DNA from: Lama glama
Taxonomy: Eukaryota
DNA length: 64,000 nucleotides
Direction: 5' to 3'
Assembly: GCA_028534125.1 (NCBI GenBank)
Contig: CM052816.1
Span: forward strand, 2,482,001-2,546,000
Below the pieces are notes generated by a model. It saw nothing but the letters and a program-made list of their open reading frames with translations, was not told the origin of the DNA and did not search any database. Below, piece by piece: positions 34,925 through 47,390 of this stretch (position 1 is its first letter; each line of letters begins with the position of its first letter). The position numbers were made by a program, and so were the translations under genes.

Positions 34925-36039
34925 CATGGCCCACTGGGTTCTGTGTGCTTCTCATCCACTCTCTTGTGTCCTAAACGGCCCCGTACTGCTCTACAGGGAC
35001 AAGCCAGATGTGGCCACCCTCAGGTGCTGACCCCATGTTCCCATGTCCTTGGGATTCGGGCCGTCAGTGAGCTCTTTATCCTTCTCCAGATGGCAGAGTG
35101 GAAGAAATAACTGTTAAAATGTTAATTCCACCTCACTGAATGTGGCTTACCTAGGTGTGGTGCAGTTGAGACCTCTACAGGAAAAGCTGATTTCAAGTTC
35201 TGGCACAATGACTAGCTGATTCACAAAAGATGTGGGTCTCCATTTCTTCCCTGCACATCTGTCCTGTCTGCTTTTAATTTGGAAGCACCAGTTTTAATTT
35301 AGTGGCAGGCCTGTAAACTCTGTTTCTGTGAACACAGAATGACATACTTTGTGGAACAGGGGCCTCTGGCCAAGATCTGACTCTTAAGTAATTGATGGCT
35401 AGTGACTAGCTGAGAAACGCTCCAATGTGAACACTTTCCATGGCAAGAACCCTGTCGTATCAGCTGGACTGCAAGCAAGCCTTCTGGGCTGCTGCCCATC
35501 CAAATACAGGCCATGTCTTTAAAGCACAGCCTCTGAGGCCCGAAGGGAGCCTCCAGCTTCATCCTAAACATTGAAGGTCTTTCCAACCCACCGCTTCCCT
35601 GTGTCTTTTGCACTGGGTTGGAGGCTGTGGCCCGGTGGACAGATTTCCTCATCTTTGGAAATCAACCCTTTCAGGAAGGAGGCTTCAGCGCTCGGGGTTG
35701 TTTTGTTCTGGTAAAAAGGACACTCTTTTCATCACATTTGAAAACAAATTTTTAAAAATCTCACTCATGTCCAATATTTTGTGTGTGTAAGAGACAAAAA
35801 ACAGGCCTAGAGTTACATCACTCCTGTGGTTTAAGAAATCTTTTTCACAATATGCAGACTGTTTTGGGGGCTGGGGTTTGGGGAGGGGTGGGGAAGGGGC
35901 AGAGCAAGAGGGACAGAGAAATAAGAAAAACAAATCATCCTCCAAGTAAGAAGAAACGGGTAAGAAAAGGGAGGAAGATGAACAAAACTTCCACGAGTTT
36001 GGAATCTTCTAGATGTAGAGATGGCTGGTATGTCTTTTT

Positions 36040-36170
36040 TCAATTAATAAATTTAATTGAGAGCCATCTGTCTTCGATCACCACTGAACATCTACCACCT
36101 ATCATGGTGCCTGCCATAAAGTAGGTTTAAATACAGATTTTTGAATATATAAATGAGTAAATGAACAAAC
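36040..36170 (+). mobile_element. L2 3' end
   Basis: 'cacctatcatggtgcctgccataaagtaggtttaaatacagatttttgaata'. Confidence 0.65.
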
Positions 36171-36234
36171 AGTGGTGCTTACCAATGCCCTGCACTGCTG
36201 CGGGGCACGAGGCGTGGGAAACACGGCTGGGGGA

Positions 36235-36510
36235 CGGATGGGCCGTCTGGTGCGGAACAGTGACCAGGGGCACGGGACTGGAGGTAGCTTGTCCTGATTC
36301 CGGCTTTAAGTCCCGGTTCTGCCACTTACTATTTGTGCGGCCCTGGGGGAAATGATATAAGTTGTCTAATTTTCAGGTTCCTCCGATTCATCTGCGGACA
36401 ATATAGGATCCATCTCACGTGGTTGTTGGGAGGATGAACTGAGGTAAAGGGCAGAGGGTACCTAGAGAAGTGCCTGCACACAGGACATGGTCAGCACTGG
36501 GACCTGTTAT
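36235..36510 (+). mobile_element. MIR, near full length
   Basis: 'aagtcccggttctgccacttactatttgtgcggccctggg...ggttgttgggaggatgaactgagg...agtgcctgcacacag'. Confidence 0.8.
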
Positions 36511-37154
36511 CGCTCAGTCGGGAATGTACATGGCAGCCTCTCGCAACGATTCTCACCATGGCTCTCCCCAAAGCGGCCTGGAGTTGCCATCTTCATTTCA
36601 TACCAACTGGTTGCCAATTTCATTCCCAAGCCACAATGAAGCCAAAAGTGCGCCCTCCTGCTGGTTTCACTTAAGTGTGAAGAGTCCCATTGTCCTGAAA
36701 CTAAGGAGGGTTTTGTGAAAATCACTTCTCGGTGGAGGACAGTGGCACTTGGCTCCAGTACAAACAAGAGAGCATCCCAGATGGTTCGCAAAGTATTTCA
36801 GTTTTTGCCAAACATGTTTTCCTCTAATTTTAAATTCCCTGTATTTTAAGTGAAATGTAATCCACATGGCCCTGGTCAAGTAACTGTTGGGGAAGGAAGC
36901 GGGGGAGAGAATATGTGAGAATCCCAACATGAGCAATTACAGAGACGGCAGCACCTCAGGGGTGACTACACGTGTGCATTCACAAAGCGGGCTCTGGACC
37001 AGGAGGAGGGAGGGACGTGCCCTCCCGCCTGGCTCCCCTTTCCTACCCCTCACTCACTCACTCGCCTTCTCCACGTTCATTGGGCCCTCACCAACCCCAC
37101 ACCGTCCTGTGCACTGTGGGTCCACGTGTGACCCCTGACCTAACTTGTTTAGGT

Positions 37155-37385
37155 CTGGGGTCAGCAAATTTTCTTTGTAAAGGCCCAGATAGTGAATGTT
37201 CTCAGCTCTGCGGGACACGTAGTGCCTCTTGCAATTAGTCAGCTCTGCTGCTGTTGCATGAAACTATCCACAGACAACACATTAACAGAAGGACAAGGCT
37301 GGGTTCCAATGAAACTTACATATATATATATATGACAGTGGGGTCAAAGTTGACCTGTGAGCCCTGGATAGTTTGTTGCACCATG
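37155..37385. mobile_element. MER58A
   Basis: 'ggggtcagcaaattttctttgtaaaggcccagatagtgaat...tcagctctgctgctgt...ggctgggttccaatgaaactt'. Confidence 0.8.
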
Positions 37386-37519
37386 GATTAGATTATATTC
37401 GAGAAGCCAGAACCACCACAGAGAAACACTCAGGGAGCAGAAAACTCCACGCCAATCAGTGAAGAGGCTGGCCCTGACTACAGAGGGGTTCAGTGGCAGG
37501 ACAGCAAGGCGCCTGTGGG

Positions 37520-37760
37520 TATTCCTCTCTCAGAGAATTGGGGTCAAATCCAGTTCCACCACCTACTAGCTGTGTGACCTAGGACAAGCTACTGCATCTC
37601 TACAAGCCCTGGCTTGCTCATCTGCAAAGCGGATCTAACACTTCTAATCGTATGTAGTATTATAATAACATGATGACTAAACATGACTCAATATTTTTTA
37701 ATCTTGAGATTAAATAAGGCGCTGTGTATAAAGATTCTGTGAGATGGCTGGCATCCGGTA
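37520..37760 (+). mobile_element. MIR
   Basis: 'aaatccagttccaccacctactagctgtgtgacctaggacaag...ctcatctgcaaa'. Confidence 0.8.
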
Positions 37761-37836
37761 GAAAGCTGGTAAAGCACAGATTTTGAAGTCAGTGGTCCTG
37801 GAGTGGAGACCGGTTCTGCCACTGAGTCATCCAGAC

Positions 37837-38031
37837 CAGGGGTCAACCAACTTTCTATAAAGGGCTGATAGCAAGTATTTCAGGCTTTGAAGGCCACATT
37901 GTTTGCTTTTGTTTTAATTTAACAACCTTTGAAAAATGTGAAAAATCATTCTAGCATTCTCAGCTCGTAAGCTCTGTAAAACCAGGCTGTGAGCTGCATT
38001 TGGCCTGAGGTCTGTCACTGGTCAACCTCTG
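37837..38031. mobile_element. MER58-family MITE (MER58C/D-like)
   Basis: Terminal inverted repeats caggggtcaacca...tggtcaacctctg; internal 'acaacctttgaaaaatgtgaaaa..cattct'. Confidence 0.75.
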
Positions 38032-38039
38032 CTCTGGAC

Positions 38040-38262
38040 CACAGCTGTCCAATAGAATAGAGCATAAGCCACCCCTGCAAGGCACATATGTAATTTTAAA
38101 TTTTCTAGTCGCCACCTTAGAAAAAGTAAAAAAAACAAACAAACAAAAAACAGGTAAAATTAATTCTAATAATACATTTTTATCCAGTACATTTAATATA
38201 TTATTTTCGTAAGTAATTAATATTACAAATGTATTAATGAGATGTTTTGCTTTCTTTCTTCC
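38040..38262. mobile_element. MER33 (partial)
   Basis: 'gctgtccaataga...cacatatgtaattttaaattttctagt.gccac...acaggtaaaattaattctaataata...tattaatgagat'. Confidence 0.85.
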
Positions 38263-38556
38263 TTCTGGAAAAAAAAAAATCTCCAACCTGGTGATCAGAG
38301 GCCTTCCACAGGACCTCATCCCCCAGCTTCTTTATCATTCCTCCCAGGGGCCCCAAAAGATTCTGCTTACTCCTCTGAACTCACAGCTTTCCCGAGAGCC
38401 AGGACACAGGTAAAGCCTTGGTGATCAAATATGGAGTTTAAGGAATGAGCCACAGCCCACAACCCCTCTGGGACACTGTGAAGATCGGGACCACCCATTC
38501 TTTTTGAACATGTGCTCCTAGGCCAGTGCTCTGGGATAGCTCACTCCACCTAATGG

Positions 38557-38594
38557 GTGCGTGCATGCGTGCGTGCGTGCGTGTGTGTGTGTGT
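38557..38594. repeat. (GTGC)n(GT)n alternating purine-pyrimidine tract
   Basis: Direct reading, 38 bp. Confidence 0.9.
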
Positions 38595-39109
38595 TTCCTC
38601 TCCATCCAGTACCATTTCTAATTCTAATTCCCTTTCCCCATGTAGATGCCCTGATAGCATTCCCTACAGCTTGGCAGAATGAGCACACTCATAGGTTTGC
38701 AGACAAAGGTTTTGTAAGAGGCTTAGAAAGTCTTGCATTTAAGCTGGGGACTCTGGGACTGCCACATGGTGCCCTGAAAATCTGCTGAACATCCTTAGGT
38801 GACCTGATCTCTTATACAGTCAAAATCAGGGCAATGCAGTTTGTGCTGCTTATGTGAGGATGTAGGACTAACTCAGTGGAAAAGGATCACCATACACCAA
38901 AAGATAGCCTGGGTTTCTGGGAAAAGCCAAATCAGATGGACAGGGAGAATGTTTTTATACTTAATATAGCAAAAATCCTTATTGCTTGGGTTGAAGAAAG
39001 TACAACTTCTTTGAAGATGGGGGTTTTAATGTTGAACAACTCCACATCAGAGCTCAAATGACATCACTCACTCACAAAAACCCAACCCTTCCCCCAAAAG
39101 TCCCTCACT

Positions 39110-39350
39110 TAGCATTTTAAAGAACAAAGTCCTTGGAGCCTAATCCTTGCTCTGCCACTTAGCAGCTGTGTGACTTTGGGCCAATTACTTAACCTCTCTG
39201 GGCCTCAGTTTCTTCATCTTTAAATGTGGATAATGACATACTCTTGAATTGTGGGCAGGATTCAAATTAGCTGCCGTAAGTTATGGGGCAGATTTAATCA
39301 GCTCGGTGCTTAGCATATAAAAGACACAAATAAAATGGTCTTTAATTATC
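39110..39350 (+). mobile_element. MIR
   Basis: 'gctctgccacttagcagctgtgtgactttgggccaattacttaacctctctgggcctcagtttcttcatct'. Confidence 0.88.
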
Positions 39351-40169
39351 ACTCTCTATTCTTGAGTGAACTGGTGGGCCACTTTAACCAAATTCTTTCC
39401 CTTTCTTCAAATGCTGTACCTAGGGCTCCCTCTGGCACTCAGCAAGATTCAAGACGCTGCCACGTGGATACAGGCTTGCTGGCACAGGGCCATCACATAA
39501 GGTGAGTGGAAATGCAAAGCCCAAGGGGCTTGGCTGGGAAGTAGTGGAGAAAACCATGTCATCCTCCTCGCCACATGATTTATTCTCTCGGCAGCAGAGC
39601 TCCCCAAGTGAGTCAGCAGGTCTCTGACAGCAGCAGTCACGTGCTGAGGCACCACATTTTGCGAGTCCTGCCAGGAAATACCTTAGCACTTAAGCAGGTG
39701 TAACAGTACTGACCTCCAGGACACAAGATAATTTCCAAATCTTTCTGAGACCCATGGGGTCACTATTATTTGATACTGAACCACTTGAGGAAAAGACGGT
39801 ACAAAGTGACTTTGTGTCATACATACATTTGATTTAATCTTGATGCAAGGGATCGCAGCTGATTTGTATGAATGCAGACGTTACTACGGCAATCCTAAGA
39901 AAGATTATTCTCTTACTCCATCAGAAAAGGGAGTGTTTTGTCATAACTATTTACCATTTTCATTACTATTAAAAAATGAGAGTAAAAACTTGATTTTAAT
40001 GAACTGATAACGTTACCTTCTACACTCTATTAAGACTTTTATAGAGGCAAGCCCATGTATCTTTGAGTCAAGAGAAAGCCAAACTCTGAATTAACACTTT
40101 AAAAAAAGAATTGGAAGAAAGCAATACTGTTCTATCTCTTATCTACCTCTAAAATTTCCACTCTAGTCC

Positions 40170-40390
40170 AAAAGTCAGCAAGTATTCTTTCTGCAGAAGG
40201 CCAGACAGTGATTATTTCAGGCTTTGCAAGCTATCTGGTCTCTGACATGACTGTTCATCTTTGTCACTGCAGTGCCAAAGCAATCCTAGATGAAATGTAA
40301 ACTAACAGGTGTGGCTGTGTTTCAATAAAACTTTATTTATAAAAACATGACAGGCCGGATCTGGCATGTGGGGCCACCGTTGGCTGTCAG
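40170..40390. mobile_element. MER58A
   Basis: 'gtcagcaa...tctgcagaaggccagacagt...gtgtggctgtgtttcaataaaactttatttataaaaaca'. Confidence 0.85.
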
Positions 40391-41658
40391 ACAAATAACC
40401 AAGAAATGAAATCTACACTAAATTCCCAACAAATTTATTTCCATTGTTTCTCCATACAGTAAACTTGTGATAATAATAATGTGGAAGAACACTGAGTGGA
40501 TGTTAGAAGATTAAATAGCCCTCCTGTGAATGAGCTACTATTTCATTTTTTCTTTTTTTTTTAAGGAATATAAATTGCTCCGGACCCTAAGAATGGGAAA
40601 AATAGGGAAGGCATATGGTTGAAGTGGAGGGAAAAAAAAAAGAAAAGAAAAGTGGTGTTTGTGTATTTATTCAATTCATTCATTCAATACAAATTTATTA
40701 GAAACCTGTGGTACACCAGGCATCAAAAAATATACTTTAAGTCATCAGTGACCAGGCCATGGGAGCAGTTTTTATTTTTGTTTTCTTTTGTTCTGTTTGT
40801 TTTAAGACATTCCCTGTACTCCTAAAATCAGACTGTGAAAAATTCCCTGTCCTGTTCAGGCAAAAAACAAAACAGCAATTCTAATCCTGGTCTTCCATAA
40901 CGAGAGTTCTGAAGTATACACGGGGATAATTAAAACCAAAAAAACAAAAAATTAAAAATAAATGTAAAAAGCTAGTTCTGTGAGTGTTGTAACTGGGCAC
41001 TGACACCATATGACATAATTGGCGCTCGTCTCCAAGTCTCATCTGCATCCAGCATTCTAAAGCCCTTTCGTAACAGCCACGAACAGCTGCTCTAAAGAGG
41101 AGCCCTACACCCAGGCAAGAAGGATACTACAGAAGGGCACGTCTTCCCTAAAGTGCAATAATATGTTATTCGGATGTCAAATACCTACCTTTGTGACAAT
41201 AATTATACAAACACAGGCTAGAAGACTGAAGAAAAAAATATATATACCAATTTTTAAAAAACCACAGGAGAGGCAGCTTTAGACGCTGGGATAAGGGGTT
41301 CAGTTACTTTTTCTGGGTGGGAGTTGAACACATTTGAAAGGAATGATGATGATCCTAGTGATGTTTTTATTATGATTTCTCCTCCTTTAAGACTTCCTCG
41401 CTTCCAGCTAGAATTATTTATTAACAAGAGGAAATCATTACTTTGGGATTTTATTTAGCACAACATTATATGGAAAAAAATAGGCTCCCAGGCTGACTGA
41501 ATGTCATCATGTGCTTTCCCCACTTTTTCTAAGTTGAGCTCAACTGTAAATTTTTAGAAATAGTATTTTTAAAACCCACCAACAAATTTTCCATGCCAGA
41601 GAATACCCTTCTAGTTCCAACACAACTGTTTGAAGATTTTTCTACTTCCTTTTCAACT

Positions 41659-41784
41659 GAGAGAGAGACAGAGACAGAGAACAGAAAGAAAGAGAAAAAG
41701 AGAAAGAAAGGGAGGGAGATGGAGGGAGGGAGATGGAGGGAGGGAGGGAGATGGAGGGAGGCAGGGAGGGAGGAAATAGAAAAA
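41659..41784. repeat. Polypurine low-complexity tract with three GGGAGGGAGATGGA-type units
   Basis: Only about 8 pyrimidines in ~126 bp. Confidence 0.9.
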
Positions 41785-42302
41785 TGGTGAGAAAACACTC
41801 TGAATACAGGGGATTGGCTTACCCACAATTGCTTCAAAATTGTAATTGTTTGTGGATTCACATGGTCTCTGGAGGACGGAGCAAGATATATTTCATCAGT
41901 GTTGAAACTCATTCTGAATGAGGTTGATGCACTGCATATGTGTGTCGGAATGTGCCAGGTCAATTACCAAGTGCCTGGTTCCCTTTCCAAGGTTAATGAG
42001 ACAAACTGGACTCTTGGGGAGGGGGCTGTCTCTTTAGCACAGTCACTGGCAATTTTTAATGTTGAAAAGTTTAGAAGATTTCAGTTGGACTCCAGCGCCT
42101 AGATTCTCTCAATGGATGGCTTTATCAGTGGAAGCTTAAGTGACAGCTGAAAGTTCCAATTTCCTTCCTTCCCCCACCAAGTGTTCCCTCATAAGGACTG
42201 TTCAAAGATGCTGAGAGATGAACCACAGATGCATTCACAAGTGGTAACTATCTCTAAGACAAACACCCTGGGTCTTGGCCCATGCATTACACTGACTGGA
42301 GT

Positions 42303-42817
42303 ACACATTCTCAAACTTCAAACACGTTCATCTCAGTTACACAATTTCTGTCAAATTCCCGTATCATTTGACTATTATTTACTTAACATTTTTCTTTAAA
42401 ATAGCTTTTTTCCCCACTTAGATAATTGCATAGAAATAAAACTTTATTATTACTGCTATTAGTGGAAAAACATTACCACTTGCCACTAAGGAGTTTATCC
42501 CAGAAATACACGAGCATGGAAAACTAAACCGTGTTATTAAAATCTAGCGAAACACATGTGCCTCTTCTAGGCCCTGCTCTCTCTTTAAGGAAAGGGAGAC
42601 TAGTAAGTGTCAGAGATGCGCTGGAGACAGGCTAGCACCAAAGTAAGACTTGTTCTTTGCAGGAATCAGGAAGGGGGACTGAGAATTGAAAAAGGACTAA
42701 CTTTCTCACTACGTAGTTCAACACAGACTAATGTCCATTTCCTAGAGCGAACCCCTGAACCCTGCGGTATGTCTCTCCCTCTCACCAGCAATGCACCCTA
42801 CAATTTAGGGAGCCCTG
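42303..42817. mobile_element. hAT-Charlie non-autonomous element (Charlie4a-like)
   Basis: 'actattattttacttaacatttttctttaaa','tgttattaaaatctagc','ctgctctctcttt..aagggaga.tag.aagtgt.agaga','ctagcaccaaa','gagaattgaaaaagga.taactttctcacta'. Confidence 0.7.
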
Positions 42818-42829
42818 TGGGTAGTCGCA

Positions 42830-43022
42830 TGCTTTTCACACCTTTTCAGCATTCAGAAAGTACTTCCACATACAATGTTCGACTTGGTTCCCATGATAAC
42901 TCTGATGATGTAGGTAGGAGCATAATTATTACTTTTATCCTCCCGGAAATGGAAGTGCAAAACAAAGTACTTTTTCAAGCTCACATAGCAAGTCAGTGGG
43001 AGAGCTCTCTCTAGAACTCAGA
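42830..43022 (-). mobile_element. MIR
   Basis: 'cccatgataactctgatgatgtaggtagg...caagctcacatagcaagtcagtgg'. Confidence 0.6.
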
Positions 43023-44349
43023 ACTTAAAAAAAAAAAAAGTTTGGAGTTAACTAATAAAATCTCCATTATATCTTGCATAGTAAACTCAGGCTTCTATCA
43101 AGTTATACTTTTTTTAAAAAATTCATCTTTCCCCTCAAACAAAAGATATTTAAAAACTAAACTCACTCATTTATGATTCAACACTCAATCTTCTGTATTC
43201 AGCAATGCAAAAAGTTATGGTGACCCTCCAAATTCCTTTTATATCAGCATTGTATACAGAAATGTAGAAATGAGTAGCTATTAACCAAATTGGAACAACA
43301 GCATTTAAGCCTCTGTTCTCCCTGAGTCCAGTGGCTTTAAAGGGCAACTTTCACAAATGACAGAATTTCCCATCTATGTATCACAGAAAACTATGGCCAC
43401 CAAGAAAGGCTGAAACTTACAGGTCTTTAGTATATGGTATATATTACAAGACAATCATCTGGTTGCAGAGCAGGATTTTATGAAATCCCCTGAGGTCTCT
43501 AAGCTTTGATTCACAGTGTGCCTCTACTGTAATAACAATTCAACCATTTGGAGCCTAGTTGGTTTTATTTACTGGAATGAGTACTGAACAAACTGATCGA
43601 TCACCAATCCAATCTGGTTATCTTAGATGACTGAAATAATTCTGCCAAGTAAAATAACCAACTCTAGTTACGATGACGGCGGAATTGGAGTGCCTACAGA
43701 GCAGAGGAGATGAACCGTTAACTTGATCAGCTGTATAAACAAAGTTTCTGACCAGTGGAAAATGTTAGCCAATATCCAAGGCAAGGGAAGAGCTTTAGAT
43801 GAAAAATCAGAAAGGCTGCTAATGGAATATAGCACGTCCCAGACCCAGAGGGGGAAAACGGAAGACTCCTTCCCACAGTCAGTTTAAGGATCAGCAAAAA
43901 AGGCTTTGCGTTCAATGAGGTATCAGGCTGAAACAAAGCAGAGGGCATGCGTCAGAGCGAGGCATTTTCTCATCTGCCTGTTTCTGTTCCTGAAATTGTG
44001 TTGATTCTGAAGTCTGAGTCATCATGTTAGAAAGATGTGTTGCTCACTGCTGGAGCCATATCAGACTTCACAGGGAAAGTACAGAATGTAACAAACAGCC
44101 TCTGAATCCTGTTATTTTAGAAATGTCCAAAAAACTGTGAGCACAGGAGTCGTTCTAACGAAGTTATTCACATTCTATACACCAATCTAATTCAGCTGGG
44201 AAATTCTGCAAATTTTAATGATCCTACAGAAGGCCCTTGTACAATTCTGGAGTAAGTTCTACTGCTATGGAAATACTAGGTTCATTTGGTTATACACATT
44301 TAGCCTAGATGGGGGTTACCATATGTACTTATTAACAAACTGCTTACAG

Positions 44350-44470
44350 GTAAGCCTGTCAGCTCTTTGAGAATGCGGGCTCGGTCTCCTTTGTATCATC
44401 AGAACATCGCACAGTACTGTCATGTGATGGTCATTAATGAGTTGGTATTTAATGAATGATATGGTGGATT
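44350..44470 (+). mobile_element. L2 3' end
   Basis: 'tgtcagctctttgagaatgcgg...ctttgtatc...gcacagtactgtcatgtgatggtcattaat...aatgaatga'. Confidence 0.6.
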
Positions 44471-45789
44471 GTGCATTGACCGACGCAACCTTCTTTAAGC
44501 CCTCTTGTCCAAAGCACCACATTAAGAGAGGAATTAGATGTAAAATTATGGCCTCAGAGCAGGTGTGAAGATTAGCCTGACAGGGAAGTTATTGCAGCCA
44601 GTCATTTCCAAGTGTAGTCCATGAATTAGTCCTGAGCCCCATGGCTCCATCTTGGTTGACCTTGTACTAATTAAATTAAAAAAACAACACCACTCAATTC
44701 TGTAACTCAACTTAAAAGAACTTCTACTGTTAACTCCAAGTAGTCTTCATAGGTGATAAAGTCCCTAAAATACTTTTAAAATTAAAAAATTGAATTAAAA
44801 AATATTTTTAAAATTAAAAAGATTTTTGATCATCAACAGTGTGCTCACATGTATGGTAGCTCTTTCCCCAAATTTCTCTCTCCCTCCTTCTCCTCTTTGA
44901 GGCATTTTTGCAGATAATCTGTCAATGTAGCTCTTCTATTCCCTACCTACCCTTGTCCTTTATGTGTATAGTTTAAATTGCTCTTTCTTTAATTTTCCTA
45001 CCTAGATTCTCAACTACAAAGATTCTGTAAGCTAACTTAGCAAGAAATAATCCTTTCATGCTCAGAAGAAGTGGGGAAGAGGCAAAATGGTGTGTTCTCA
45101 TGGATAAATAATTTTTGTCCTTGTAACCCAAGTAAATATGTCTGATTGCATCCTTGGGGGTGGTGGTTTGAATACTAAATAACATTTACAACCACACAGG
45201 CTGAAACTTCAGGAAGTCCTGGTTTCAGTAAGTCAAGACAGGCACACATTTGCACACTGCTAAGTCACTACGTCACAACTTTCTGTTTTGACATAAGAAC
45301 TAGCAGAGGTGAGAGGACCAGAAGCAGAAAAAAGGCCTAGAGGATGTCCATGGAAATGGGGGGCTGTCTCTGTACCACAAAACCCTTTCCTGGATCCCCC
45401 GAAAGAGCTTGCGTGAGGTTAGAGATGCTTTCAGAACATGCTTTCTCATCCTGCTTATCTCATCCTACGTTTGAACTTTTAGCACATTCACTCTGGCTCA
45501 TTCTCTGGCACTGAAAAGACAACAGAAATTAGTAGAGCTATTGCTCTAACAGATCTAAACATCATTACTCTACACTTTCATCTTTTAGCTCAAAATCACC
45601 ATGTGCTATACGACCTTAGGGACTGATGAAACAAAGCAAACTACAACACTGTTTTGGCTTCCCCTGACTCTCATTTTCCTTTGACAATAAATCTGGGTGC
45701 AGCCGAAGCCTGCTGTGAGCTCTGCTTGGCGTTAACTCTGGCTGGGTGCAGATGACGCCAAGCTGCCCGGAATCAGTTTCTTTAAGAAC

Positions 45790-46006
45790 AATGGCTCTTA
45801 GGCTGGGGTGGCGTTGCCCCCTCAGGGAACATTTGGAAAGGTCTGGAGACACCTTCGGTTGTCACAGCTGGGAGGAAATGCTACTGGCATCCAGTGCGGA
45901 GCAGCCAAGGATGCTACTAAATGACAATGCACAGGACTGTTCCCCACAGCAAAGAACTGATCCCACCCCAAATGTTGGTAGTGACAATAGGTTGAGAAAT
46001 CCTGCT
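45790..46006. mobile_element. MER20
   Basis: 'gggaacatttggaaaggtctggagacaccttcggttgtcacagctggg...tgctactggcatc...ggatgctactaaa...aggttgagaaatcctg'. Confidence 0.85.
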
Positions 46007-46239
46007 GTGAAAATACTTGATTCGGTAACGTCCTGCATATATTCCCTGAGCTCCTGGTGCAGCCATGCATGGGTTTTGGAAAAAAGTAGGTGATATTTTC
46101 AGCTATTATAGAGGGGTTACCTCTGAAGAGTGGATTCTTGTTAAGGTTTACAAATCAGAGTTTCTCTCATCTGCTATTAGTGTCTGAAATTCCCACCCCT
46201 GGTCACTCCTTTCATATACGAAACTGCTTATAATATTCT

Positions 46240-46330
46240 GGTAGGTCATTCATTTATTTATACATAATGCATTTATTAAATACCTACTATGTGTTGGTCA
46301 TTCAGCTATTCAGGAGGGATCAACTATCGT
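46240..46330 (-). mobile_element. L2 3' fragment
   Basis: 'tcattcatttatt...atgcatttattaaatacctactatgtg'. Confidence 0.6.
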
Positions 46331-46871
46331 AATGTGAACGCATACGCCTCATCAACCATTTGTTAAGTCAACAGTCCGTGGAGTTAAACAACTTGGCATC
46401 CTGTGTAGAGTCGCTCATATGAGAAACCTGACCGCGAGTGCACGGTTGTACCAGGATGATCAGCCGTTTAGGTCAGTGCACCATGAGACTTGGGCATGAA
46501 GAATCCTGCCCTGCGCTCTGAGCTCTAGAAGGTGCCCCCCGGACCTTGTCCACAGCATCACGGGAATGCACCATCTGGAGCCTGTGCTGTGCCTCCTTCT
46601 AGGCCATACTCTGGGTACCAAGGATCTTGGCATTTTTGGCCCAAATGACTCGGCCCGCTTTTCAGAACCTGAATAGCCTTGTTCCAGCCTGTTCTCCTGC
46701 GGGAACATGTGCACAGACATACGCATCACAAGGCCTGGAGGGGTAATGGACTAAGTCCAGGGTGCGTATCGTGCACACGAGGCCCCGTGTGGTGGGGACG
46801 GTACTGAGCGTGTGAGAGAAGGGAGGGAGACTCCAGCCAGGCACCACGGGCCAAGTCTCCTTGCTCTCCCA

Positions 46872-47390
46872 TGTTCTGATGCTAATTCCAAGGGGTCTAA
46901 GAATTCTAAATTAGAAGAGAGTGAAAGAGCAGAAAACTAACAAGATGGCTACTGAGTTGTTCAAACTTGTATTTTTAGCTAAACTGATCTTATGACTAAC
47001 AGGCTCCCCGCCCTGTACATTCTTTTCTTAGAATAACTCAATCCTTTCTAACCCTAGAGGTCTTGAAAGAAGGTCATGGACTGAAGCTCAAGAAAAAGGG
47101 CAGACCCTCCTAATTTCCAACATAACAACAGCAAGTTCTCATCAAGATGAAGAGACTGTCACACCCTGTAAAACACCCTGATTGTTATCACCTTTTCTGT
47201 TCCATCCAGTTTTTCTATGAAACCTCAAGACTCCAACCGCAAGATGGATTCACAGTTTCCAAGGCACTGGCCGGCTCTAAGTCCCCTTTGCCCAGCAAAG
47301 CAATAAAGCTGCTCTTTTCTTTGCTCCCAAAACTCTGCCTCTGAGTCTGAATTTGCTTTTCGGGGTGCAGAGGCCGATTTTTCGATAACA
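46872..47390 (+). mobile_element. ERV1-like solo LTR inserted in a MIR
   Basis: Starts TGTT and ends 'gaggccgatttttcgataACA'; AATAAA at 47302-47307 within 'cctttgcccagcaaagcaataaagctgctcttttct...ccaaaactctgcctctgag'; MIR-like sequence on both sides; 5' boundary less certain. Confidence 0.7.
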
